Source: Candidatus Methanofastidiosia archaeon
GTDB taxonomy: Archaea; Methanobacteriota_B; Thermococci; Methanofastidiosales; SZ-28-30
Length of the DNA stretch: 35,285 nucleotides
Direction of reading: 5' to 3'
NCBI GenBank assembly: GCA_046760205.1
Contig: JBHIDS010000002.1
Coordinates: 1-35,285, forward strand
The stretch's first letter is position 1. Every line of letters begins with the position of its first letter. Positions 7,625-15,005 of the stretch are shown here, piece after piece. The position numbers and the translations under genes were made by a program. The notes beneath the pieces are model-generated. The model worked only from the letters and a program-made list of their open reading frames with translations. It was not told the origin of the DNA and searched no databases.

Positions 7625-9457
7625 TTAGTTGTCTTTTTTCTTTCTCAAAACCAAACCAAGTCCAAAGAGTACTGCGATTATGCTGAAGGCTGGTGCCTCT
7701 GCTTTCTCTGTTCTCACCCAGTAGCTGTACCCAGCTTTTGCCATGGTTTCCCTAGCCTTTACTGGGTCGTATGGATAAGGTTGTAGGTTGTCGTTGTAAG
7801 CCCAGGAAGGCACTGCAATTGGGTTTGCAATTGGAACTGAGAGACCTCCTAAAAGCTCATCCACTATTTGTTGTCTTGGTATCATGTAGGAGCAAGCCTG
7901 TCTTACGTACTTGTTGGCAAGGTAGGGATTTCTCACGTTGTAGTGCATGTGCTGGTATCCAAAGTTCTCTGCAGTAACAGCGGTGATGTTGGGCTTTGCG
8001 TTGAGATCGTCAAAGAACTCGTTGAGACTGTACTGGGCATCGAGGATGTCAACCTCGTTGTTCTCGAGAGCCACTTGGGCAACTGAAGCCTCAGTTATTG
8101 GCTTGATGATCAAGTACTTCGCTCCAGCTTTCCCAGGAGTTGTGCCCCAGGTCGCAATTCCTCCCCAGTAGTCCTCGTTTCTCTCAAGCTTGACGAACTC
8201 GTCCTTCACCCATTCAACGAACTTGAAGGGTCCTGTTCCGATCACTTTTGTTGGGTCTCCAGTGCTGTGAGGTGCCTCTATCCAAGCTTGGGCTGAACCC
8301 TCACCTGTAAGTGGTAACTCTCCATAAACACTCTTTGGCAGAACTGCAACACTGATCTGTCCAAGCCAGTTGGCGTGGGGTTGCTTGACGTAAACTCTCA
8401 CAGTGTACTTGCCTACCTTCTCGTACTTCTCGATCATATCTGGTAACTGTCCAGTCTGGGGCAGCGCCAGATCATCTGAGAGCAGTGCATCGTAGGAGAA
8501 TATCAGATCGTCCGCAGTCATCTCAACTCCATTGTGGAACTTGATACCTTCTCTAAGCTTTATGTCAAAGTACTCCGGAAATTCAAGGGGTGTAGCAACA
8601 TCCTCAATCTCGAACTCCTTTGTAGGTCCTGGAGTTGCTGATTCGGCAAGAAACGGCACCAAGCTAAGATTCTCATCCCTTGTAAACAGACCCTCAAAGA
8701 CCTGTCCAATGGCTTGAATGGTGTAAAGAGAACCATACAGATAGACGTTGGTAGTCTCTATGTCGTCGTTTTGAGCATATACGATGGTATCTCCATCTGC
8801 AGGCACCCAGGGTCTTGCATCCCCAACGATGGACCAGTGGTCACCGTTAAAGCCGCCCAGGTTAGAATCATAGGCATAAACCTGCTTTAGAGAGTAAATC
8901 ACAGAGTAGGGTTGTTCATCATAGATTATCTCCTGCCACTCATCCAAAAACTGCTTTCTCTTTGCTTGGTCAAGCTCTAATCTTGCCTTCACCAAAAGCT
9001 CGTCAGCCTTGGGGTTAATCCACCAGGTGATGGAATATCCTTCTGGAATGAGGTACTTCGAGGAGAAAATGTACTCTGGGTCTGGATCAATACCCACACC
9101 CCAGCCAAAGAATCCGATGTCAAATCCACCCTCATCGTAGGTCTTTCCCTCCACGTTGTCAAACTCCCTGCCAATCAAATCAGAGAAGTCCATCATAACA
9201 AGTTCGGTCTCTATTCCAATCTTCTTGAGCTCTTCAGCCATGATTGCTGCATACTGCTCTCTCACCTTGTTACCCAACGGGGCTATCAAAGTGATCTTGA
9301 AGAATTTGGGATATGTAGAGTAGTCCTCTGTGAAAGGCACTTGGGTAAATTCTGGAGGTTCTTGTGCAACAACAGATACATTTCTTCCAAAGAAAGCCAG
9401 AGTCAACATTGAAACAAATAGCAAACTCACCAGTACTCCAAATTTCCTAGATTTCAT
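7625..9457 (-). CDS. oppA: ABC transporter substrate-binding protein, family 5 (Opp/Dpp type), with a C-terminal PGF/PEF-CTERM-like membrane anchor
   Basis: 610 aa with an N-terminal signal/anchor (FGVLVSLLFVSMLTLAFF). It has SBP_bac_5-like sequence throughout (e.g. GTGPFKFVEWVKDEFVKLERNEDYWG). The C-terminus is EAPAFSIIAVLFGLGLVLRKKKDN, i.e. motif, TM helix, then basic cluster. GGAGGT lies 7 nt before ATG 9457. Confidence 0.9.
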   Translation of the reverse strand: MKSRKFGVLVSLLFVSMLTLAFFGRNVSVVAQEPPEFTQVPFTEDYSTYPKFFKITLIAPLGNKVREQYAAIMAEELKKIGIETELVMMDFSDLIGREFDNVEGKTYDEGGFDIGFFGWGVGIDPDPEYIFSSKYLIPEGYSITWWINPKADELLVKARLELDQAKRKQFLDEWQEIIYDEQPYSVIYSLKQVYAYDSNLGGFNGDHWSIVGDARPWVPADGDTIVYAQNDDIETTNVYLYGSLYTIQAIGQVFEGLFTRDENLSLVPFLAESATPGPTKEFEIEDVATPLEFPEYFDIKLREGIKFHNGVEMTADDLIFSYDALLSDDLALPQTGQLPDMIEKYEKVGKYTVRVYVKQPHANWLGQISVAVLPKSVYGELPLTGEGSAQAWIEAPHSTGDPTKVIGTGPFKFVEWVKDEFVKLERNEDYWGGIATWGTTPGKAGAKYLIIKPITEASVAQVALENNEVDILDAQYSLNEFFDDLNAKPNITAVTAENFGYQHMHYNVRNPYLANKYVRQACSYMIPRQQIVDELLGGLSVPIANPIAVPSWAYNDNLQPYPYDPVKARETMAKAGYSYWVRTEKAEAPAFSIIAVLFGLGLVLRKKKDN

Positions 9458-9512
9458 TCTTCTTACCTCCTTTCTATTTTTAGCTACCTATGTTTTCTCA
9501 TTTAAAAAACTT

Positions 9513-9560
9513 TAGGTAGCTACTACAACCTATAATAACTCTACTTTATAAAGTTTTCGG
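9513..9560 (-). promoter_or_regulatory. Putative BRE/TATA promoter of the first Opp operon plus a conserved GGTAGCTACTA box
   Basis: The minus strand reads AACCGAAAACTTTATAAAG (BRE-like CGAAAA plus a TATA), then about 20 nt, then TAGTAGCTACC. The same layout is found upstream of the second Opp operon (22190..22233). TAGGTAGCTA (9513..9522) also forms a perfect 10-bp inverted repeat with TAGCTACCTA (9481..9490). Confidence 0.45.
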
Positions 9561-9632
9561 TTCATCTCTTATGTGGCAAAGACAAATGTCGTTGGGCAAA
9601 TCTTTATAAACTCCATATACTCCATCTTATAG

Positions 9633-10016
9633 ATGGAACTCGGTCCATTGGAAAACAAGATAATGGAGATAGTTTGGAGAAAGAGAAAGGTCGATGCGAG
9701 AGAGATTTACAAGGAACTCAACAGGGAAAAAAAATTAGCCTATACCACCATAAACACCACTCTGACAAGACTTTGCGAGAAGAATCTTTTAAAGAGGAAA
9801 GCTATCAAGGGGAGAGGAGGTATGAGGTACATCTACACCCCTACTAAAACTAAGAGAAAGTTTCAGAACTTTGTCATAAGAAAGACCTTGGACGATCTTC
9901 TCTCAAGATTTGGAGAGGTTACCATTCAATACTTCTCTGAGAATCTAAATTTGAGTGAGGAGGAGATCGAGATGCTCAAGAGGAGAATGGAGGAATTGAA
10001 TGAGAGAGGAGATTGA
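9633..10016 (+). CDS. BlaI/MecI/CopY-family winged-helix transcriptional repressor
   Basis: LENKIMEIVWRKRKVDAREIYKELNREKKLAYTTINTTLTRLCEKNLLKRK is the typical Penicillinase_R-type N-terminal wHTH. Size is 127 aa. It overlaps, and is followed by, an M56-type peptidase gene. A TTTATAAA box lies ~25 nt upstream of the ATG, suggesting a leaderless or short-leader mRNA. Confidence 0.8.
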   Translation: MELGPLENKIMEIVWRKRKVDAREIYKELNREKKLAYTTINTTLTRLCEKNLLKRKAIKGRGGMRYIYTPTKTKRKFQNFVIRKTLDDLLSRFGEVTIQYFSENLNLSEEEIEMLKRRMEELNERGD

Positions 10017-11361
10017 GAATTTAGCCTTTGCCTTGGCTCTCGTTTTGCTCATCTATGTTTTAAACGAGATTGTAATCAAGCTATTTCGAATTTCAAATCC
10101 ATCCACCAAGTTTAAAATCTACATGATCTCTCTTCTAACCTGCTTTTCCCTCTTCATTTTAGTTCCTCTCAAGGTCAGAGAGCTCAACATCATCCTTGAA
10201 AATTCTGAGAGTGTTCTCTTTGACAGCATCGACTCTATCTACACTATTAAGGCAAGCTCAGTTTTTTTTGCCACCCGTTACTCTGACTTTGCGATACTCT
10301 CTGCGGTTTCTGCAATCCTCACTTTAAGCTTTTTCTCAATAGTTCTTCTCGCCTCCAAAAGACTAATTAAGTATAAGATCGGTGCAAGAGAACTTGAAAA
10401 CCCAAAGGTCTTAAAGCTTATAGATGAATTGGAAAGGGAGATTGGGGTTGAGGTTTCAGAAGTTGTGAGCTTTGAGGGAGAACCTAACGCCTTTGTTTTT
10501 TCCTATCCTCCAATTCTTGCCTTGAGTAGGGAGCTCTTAGAAAAGTTGGACAAAGGAGAGCTCAAGTTGGTTTTGAGACACGAGCTCTATCACATCAGAA
10601 ACAGAGACACCTTACTTAAACCTCTTTTACTCTCAATCTCCATCTTCTTCTTCTACAACCCTTTATCCTACTTTCTCTACAAGAGACTTATGGAGTACAG
10701 AGAGTACGTTGCAGACAAATCTGCAATATTCTCTGAGATGGAAAAGAGAAAGTTCCTCTCTCTACTCTTGAAGTTTCACACTCTGGAGAGAGAACACGGA
10801 GTTCTCTCCTTTAAAGGCTCAAAGAATTTGAGAAACAGAATAAATTCCCTCCTTTCAACTCAGAAAGAAAGAAAAGCTCCAATTCTCATAAGTATCCTCC
10901 TCACCCTTTCTCTAATCTTTTCTGGAAACTATTACCTAGGAGCCAACTTTGAGTACTCGGAATCCTATGTGAGAAACCTCAAAGATCCACAGAGCCTGAA
11001 GGGTGTAGAGAGAGTCTTTTTGAACTTCTCAGATCAAGAGATAATAGAGATGTATGAAAAAAAGATTAGAAATAGGGAGAAAATAGAGTTCTACCTCAAC
11101 AAAACAGATGCCGAACTCATTAAAATTCTTTTAAGAGAGAAAAACAAATCGAAGGAGAGTGTGAAAATAAACTTGAACTCTCTAAATCTCAACAAGCGAA
11201 GATTCAGAGCGCTTCTTAACATAGAGGAGAATTTGAGAAAGGAATTCAAGCTTGTGATAGACAACACTGGAGAAGTTCTCACTGTATATATCACCATAAA
11301 CGACCCTCAAGAACCTTTGAAATTTGAAATCCCAAAAAATCCCAAGTACCAGATCATCTAG
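10000..11361 (+). CDS. BlaR1/MecR1-like M56-family membrane metalloprotease/signal transducer (no penicillin-binding sensor domain evident)
   Basis: Several N-terminal TM helices, an HEXXH zinc motif in LVLRHELYHIRNRD, and further TM helices. The ~150-aa Lys/Glu-rich C-terminal domain has no SxxK motif. GGAGGA lies 5 nt before ATG 10000, and the gene overlaps the blaI-like gene by 17 nt. Confidence 0.7.
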   Translation: MREEIENLAFALALVLLIYVLNEIVIKLFRISNPSTKFKIYMISLLTCFSLFILVPLKVRELNIILENSESVLFDSIDSIYTIKASSVFFATRYSDFAILSAVSAILTLSFFSIVLLASKRLIKYKIGARELENPKVLKLIDELEREIGVEVSEVVSFEGEPNAFVFSYPPILALSRELLEKLDKGELKLVLRHELYHIRNRDTLLKPLLLSISIFFFYNPLSYFLYKRLMEYREYVADKSAIFSEMEKRKFLSLLLKFHTLEREHGVLSFKGSKNLRNRINSLLSTQKERKAPILISILLTLSLIFSGNYYLGANFEYSESYVRNLKDPQSLKGVERVFLNFSDQEIIEMYEKKIRNREKIEFYLNKTDAELIKILLREKNKSKESVKINLNSLNLNKRRFRALLNIEENLRKEFKLVIDNTGEVLTVYITINDPQEPLKFEIPKNPKYQII

Positions 11362-11495
11362 GGTATGAGGTTTATGAGAAGCACTATTAAAAAGAGAACG
11401 AGAATTAAGAGAAGAAATGGTAGAAGAGTAGTTTGAAGCAAGGCTATGACGAATGCCACATAGTCCTTGAACTCCAACTCATCTTTATCTGACAT
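11358..11495 (-). CDS. Small membrane protein, 45 aa (sORF below the track cutoff); paralog of 2617..2787
   Basis: Hand translation: MSDKDELEFKDYVAFVIALLQTTLLPFLLLILVLFLIVLLINLIP, stop TAG at 11360..11358. ATG 11495 overlaps the last 11 nt of the upstream 695-aa gene. The core EFKDYVAFVIALLQTTLLPFLLLI aligns with DWKDYIAITIATLETIFFPFIILI of the other sORF. Confidence 0.5.
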   Translation of the reverse strand: MSDKDELEFKDYVAFVIALLQTTLLPFLLLILVLFLIVLLINLIP

Positions 11496-13572
11496 AATGG
11501 ACCCTATCCTCAATCTCCTTTAAGACTTTTCCCTTAATTGATCTTAGGTAAGCAAACTCCACCATCTCTCTCTCCTCCATGAGAGTCCTTGTAAAACCTA
11601 TATAGAGTAGAAGAAAAACCAAGATCAAAATACTCAGGTAAAGCATCTCTCCAAAAGTCTCACTCTTCAAGAGAAAATCTGAGAAAATCCATGTGAAATA
11701 GAAGGTGTATGGTACCGTAAACGCAAGAATTCCAATGATGAGAGAGATGATGAAAGCCCTCAACTTTATCCCTCTTCTTATTCCCTCCTCCAAACTCTGA
11801 GAAACGCTTGAAAGTCTCAACCAAAAAATGTAGATAAAGAGGGCTGGAAAAACCAGAAGATGCATGTAGTAGGAAAGCTCCAAGGTAAAGTAAAAAACCA
11901 GAAAGAACAGAAACACCATGATGAAGGTATCCTCTACTTCCTTTTGAATCATTTTCCTTTTGTGATAGCTTAAAAGAATGGAAAAGCACATGAGAAAAAG
12001 AATTGGGATTTTGAGGGAGTGATTGAAAAGGGCATAGGTTAGCTCAAGATAATCTATTTCTTCTATACCCTCCTTTGAAACCCTCAAGTGATAAGTGTTC
12101 AGGGGGTTTAGAATTCTTTCACCCTCAGTCTCTACCCAGACGTGTCCTATCCCAAAGACAAGCTCTGTCTTGTACCCAAGATTTTCGAGTAAAGAGGCTG
12201 CGAGAAAAGCCTGACCATCACAGTCCTCCCCCATTCTTCTTAAAGTTTCAAGAGGGGTGGTGTAGAACTCGACCCTTTCTGGTTCTGAGGAAACCCTACT
12301 CCTCACAAACTCCTCCACAAATCTAACTCTCTCATTCTCATCTATAAATTCAAATCCCATCATATAACCTCCTATGAGTTCTACAGGAACACTCTCTTGT
12401 AAAACTAACCTTGAAGGGTTGTACACTCTCTCGTAGTTCAAGCCTTGAGGTTGGGTTGATAGATAGAAGGTGAGAAGCAAAATGAGAAAGAATCCTGCCT
12501 TGATATAGAAATCGATTTCTCGTAGCTTAAAGGTCCCAATTGCAAAGAGGCTGAAAATGAGCAAAACCTTGATTAAAAAGATGGAGATACCATATCTGTT
12601 TTTGAGGTTTGGAGGGGAAGGATTTTCAAAATAAGATTTTCCCTCTTTTAAGTATTTCTCTGTCTTAAAGCTATCCTCCTTGAAGTAGGAACTCCAAGCT
12701 CTCTCGAGCATTATGGTGGCATCGAGACTTGAGGGTTGAAGCTCAAGTTCCTTCTGAAATTCCATGAGCTTGAAGTAAAGGGAAGAACTCTCAAGCTTTG
12801 GGGATGCAAGATTTGAAATTAAATCTGATATGAATTTCTTGTTGTTGGAGTATCTCATATCCAAGCTGTCTCCAATGACCACCACTCGTCCCATCCCATA
12901 CTCCCTCATAGCCATGAGAGCCAAATCTCCTCTCTTCACGATGATTCCTGGATAGCCCTCCTCGTGAAGTTGCCTTGAGAATGACTCCCTACTTGCCTTC
13001 AGAGTCTTCCATTCACCTCTAAATTCAAGGGAAGAGGAATGGTTCAGATAGAGCTCTCTCTCTAAACTGAAATCAAAGGTTTGATCTAAAACTATGTAGC
13101 TCGAGGGAGACCTTCCTCTATAAGTAGGCACGTAACTCTTAAAATCAAAAACCACGTCTCGTTTCACAGAAATCTTGAAACTCTCCAAAAGCTCGTTAAC
13201 GTATGAAGTCCAATTACTCATCACAACGAGAGTCCCTCCTTCCTCCACATAACTCAAAATGTCTGAAATCTCACTTTCGAGAAAGGAGGATGTAGGTTCA
13301 AAAATCAAGAGAACCTGGTAGTTTGAAAGGAATTTGCGATGAAGTGGGAAGAAGGGTGGAGTGTCTGAGTAGAAATCAAAGATATCTTGAAAGAGCTTCA
13401 CATCTGAGGATGGATTTTGATGCTTGTCATCCAGCAGAACCCTAATTTTACCAGAGGGAGATTCTATGTTGGCTTTCTTGATAGATGGGGTGGTGGAATA
13501 GCCATCAAAATCGATGGATGAGAAGGCGAGGGCAAGCATTATTAAGAGATAGATTAGATGGCTTTTATTCAT
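11485..13572 (-). CDS. Large membrane protein with an extracytoplasmic N-terminal alpha/beta domain, a transglutaminase-like Cys-protease core and a polytopic C-terminus
   Basis: 695 aa with a signal/anchor MNKSHLIYLLIMLALAFSS. The N-terminal ~300 aa include YQVLLIFEPTSSF...YVEEGGTLVVMSN, which is DUF4350-like to my eye. Two TM helices follow. The transglutaminase core is GEDCDGQAFLAASLLENLGYKTELVFGIGHVWVE (Cys and His in the canonical spacing). About 6 more TM helices complete the protein. Confidence 0.7.
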   Translation of the reverse strand: MNKSHLIYLLIMLALAFSSIDFDGYSTTPSIKKANIESPSGKIRVLLDDKHQNPSSDVKLFQDIFDFYSDTPPFFPLHRKFLSNYQVLLIFEPTSSFLESEISDILSYVEEGGTLVVMSNWTSYVNELLESFKISVKRDVVFDFKSYVPTYRGRSPSSYIVLDQTFDFSLERELYLNHSSSLEFRGEWKTLKASRESFSRQLHEEGYPGIIVKRGDLALMAMREYGMGRVVVIGDSLDMRYSNNKKFISDLISNLASPKLESSSLYFKLMEFQKELELQPSSLDATIMLERAWSSYFKEDSFKTEKYLKEGKSYFENPSPPNLKNRYGISIFLIKVLLIFSLFAIGTFKLREIDFYIKAGFFLILLLTFYLSTQPQGLNYERVYNPSRLVLQESVPVELIGGYMMGFEFIDENERVRFVEEFVRSRVSSEPERVEFYTTPLETLRRMGEDCDGQAFLAASLLENLGYKTELVFGIGHVWVETEGERILNPLNTYHLRVSKEGIEEIDYLELTYALFNHSLKIPILFLMCFSILLSYHKRKMIQKEVEDTFIMVFLFFLVFYFTLELSYYMHLLVFPALFIYIFWLRLSSVSQSLEEGIRRGIKLRAFIISLIIGILAFTVPYTFYFTWIFSDFLLKSETFGEMLYLSILILVFLLLYIGFTRTLMEEREMVEFAYLRSIKGKVLKEIEDRVHYVR

Positions 13573-13633
13573 AAGAAATTTTGTTTTATGGCTTTTTAAA
13601 ATTTTTGGTTGGATTCAAAGAAAAGTTTTGTTT

Positions 13634-14140
13634 TCATAGAGGAATCGGCTTTGCCTCTTTCCCCAAAATCCTTCTAATGTATGCAATTTGTCCTGCATGG
13701 ATTGATTCATGAATCAGCTGTCTGTTACACATGTCCAAAAGGTTCCCTCCCCAAAATTTGTTCCCCTTTGGATCTACAAGAATTTTGTAGAAATCCTTCT
13801 CCTCTAAAGAGGAGAAATATTCAAAGGTGTCTCTTCTAACACTCATCAAGTATTCCATCAATTCCTCCAAAAGAGGAATTTCTTCGGGTTTTATCTTTGG
13901 ACTTTTAAACCTAAACAATTCTCTATATTCTTTCGACAATTTTAATTTCCCTCTTCCAAACCAGTTGAAAAAGACATCCTCCTGCAAACCTATGTGTCCC
14001 AAAATCCAGCCGATTGGATTGCAGTTTTCGCTTGAACAAAAAACAATATCTTTTTGGGTCAAATCCTTTGCCATAAGTTTCTTTATAATGGCGCCAATCA
14101 CCCATTTCATGTTTTTCTTGGTTAACTCTATTTCATCCAT
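13634..14140 (-). CDS. DinB/YfiT-like putative metal-dependent hydrolase family protein
   Basis: 168 aa. Conserved His residues are in DinB_2-like positions (GWILGHIG near the N-terminus, HESIHAGQIAYIRR near the C-terminus), consistent with a four-helix-bundle family. A TATA-like CTTATAAATAA lies ~25 nt upstream of the ATG. Confidence 0.65.
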   Translation of the reverse strand: MDEIELTKKNMKWVIGAIIKKLMAKDLTQKDIVFCSSENCNPIGWILGHIGLQEDVFFNWFGRGKLKLSKEYRELFRFKSPKIKPEEIPLLEELMEYLMSVRRDTFEYFSSLEEKDFYKILVDPKGNKFWGGNLLDMCNRQLIHESIHAGQIAYIRRILGKEAKPIPL

Positions 14141-14279
14141 AGAATTAGAAAATTTTTGGTTATTTATAAGGCTTTGGGGAGATTGGTTTTATCTTCAACC
14201 GAAGTTCTTTTCATAACGATAAAAGACCTCAAACCACAAGAATTAAATAATATCAACTTCAACATTTGTTGGTGATTTT

Positions 14280-14504
14280 ATGAAAAACGGCACTATTACC
14301 GTGGACAGAAAAATTTTGGAAAAGATTGCATGAGATGTTGAAAGATTGCATGAGGAACTTGAGATTCTTATAAATCCAGATTAGAAAAGGGCAATTGATG
14401 AGGCTTTGGAAGAAGTTGAAAGGGAAAATATTATTGATAGAGGGGAACTGGAGAGGAATTGGAAGGAAGAACATGTTTATAAAAATCGGATAGATATTGA
14501 TTGA
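14280..14504 (+). pseudogene. Decayed archaeal RelB-like antitoxin gene (one frame, two in-frame stops)
   Basis: GGTGA lies 4 nt before ATG 14280. The single reading frame gives MKNGTITVDRKILEKIA[TGA]DVERLHEELEILINPD[TAG]KRAIDEALEEVERENIIDRGELERNWKEEHVYKNRIDID[TGA]. The pattern resembles small archaeal RelB-type antitoxins. No toxin ORF follows. A 14-nt direct repeat AAAGATTGCATGAG (14321..14334 and 14341..14354) carries the first stop. Confidence 0.35.
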
Positions 14505-14537
14505 GATCAGTTTAACCCCTCAACCCAAACCTCATTT

Positions 14538-15005
14538 TCAAAACAACCTTCTTTGGTGAAATGAGAAAAAACCTCTGTAAGACTTTTTTTGAAGCTCGGA
14601 GTAGAGTTTTTTGGTTTGCTCCCAGGAAAGCCTCTCATACTCTGAAGGCATTCCCTCTTTAAGTCTCAACTTTGTCCTAAAGAACTCTTCCTTGCTCTCT
14701 GAAGCTATGGTGTAAACTTCCTTTCCGAGATTCACCCCATACTCCATCTCCTTCAAAACTCCATACGTATACTTTTCAAAGATGACGAGCCCACAAACTA
14801 TCCTTGATGATGAAATGAGATTCTCAAAGAAACCTTTTCCCTTGAAACCGTAGTCTGCTGGATTTATTATCTTTGAATCCCGAAACTTTGATCTTAGAAA
14901 TTCAAGGCACTCCCTCTCTGTTTTGGTGTGAAAGGTGAGTGTGGGATGTGAGAAGTAGAGTTTTTCACCCAAATCCTCTCTTCTCCCAAAAAGCCTTCTA
15001 AGCAA
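14538..15005 (-). CDS. Hypothetical protein; tentative nucleoside 2-deoxyribosyltransferase-like (DUF4406-like) fold
   Basis: Track ORF 14538..15014 (GTG start). I prefer TTG 15005 (AGAGGTGGA, 4 nt, TTG), which overlaps the upstream stop by 8 nt. KLYFSHP...INPADYG...RIVCGLVIFEKYTYGVLKEMEYGVNLGKEVYTI loosely resembles the IYxxGP...NP...CDxxxxL..S.G...E...A..lGk.V pattern. The function call is weak. Confidence 0.55.
   Translation of the reverse strand: MLRRLFGRREDLGEKLYFSHPTLTFHTKTERECLEFLRSKFRDSKIINPADYGFKGKGFFENLISSSRIVCGLVIFEKYTYGVLKEMEYGVNLGKEVYTIASESKEEFFRTKLRLKEGMPSEYERLSWEQTKKLYSELQKKSYRGFFSFHQRRLF

Noticed and set aside
11660-11989. 109-aa same-strand alternative-frame ORF inside the 695-aa gene
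   Set aside because: It is fully nested in a longer ORF that carries recognisable domains. There is no independent signal.
14331-14384. Possibility that the in-frame TGA and TAG of the RelB-like frame are recoded (selenocysteine/pyrrolysine)
   Set aside because: I could see no SECIS-like or PYLIS-like context. It is implausible for both to occur in one tiny antitoxin, and the duplication that creates the TGA points to decay.
14259-14474. 71-aa minus-strand track ORF
   Set aside because: It is antisense to the RelB-like remnant. The peptide is Phe/Asn/Ile-rich low complexity with no SD.
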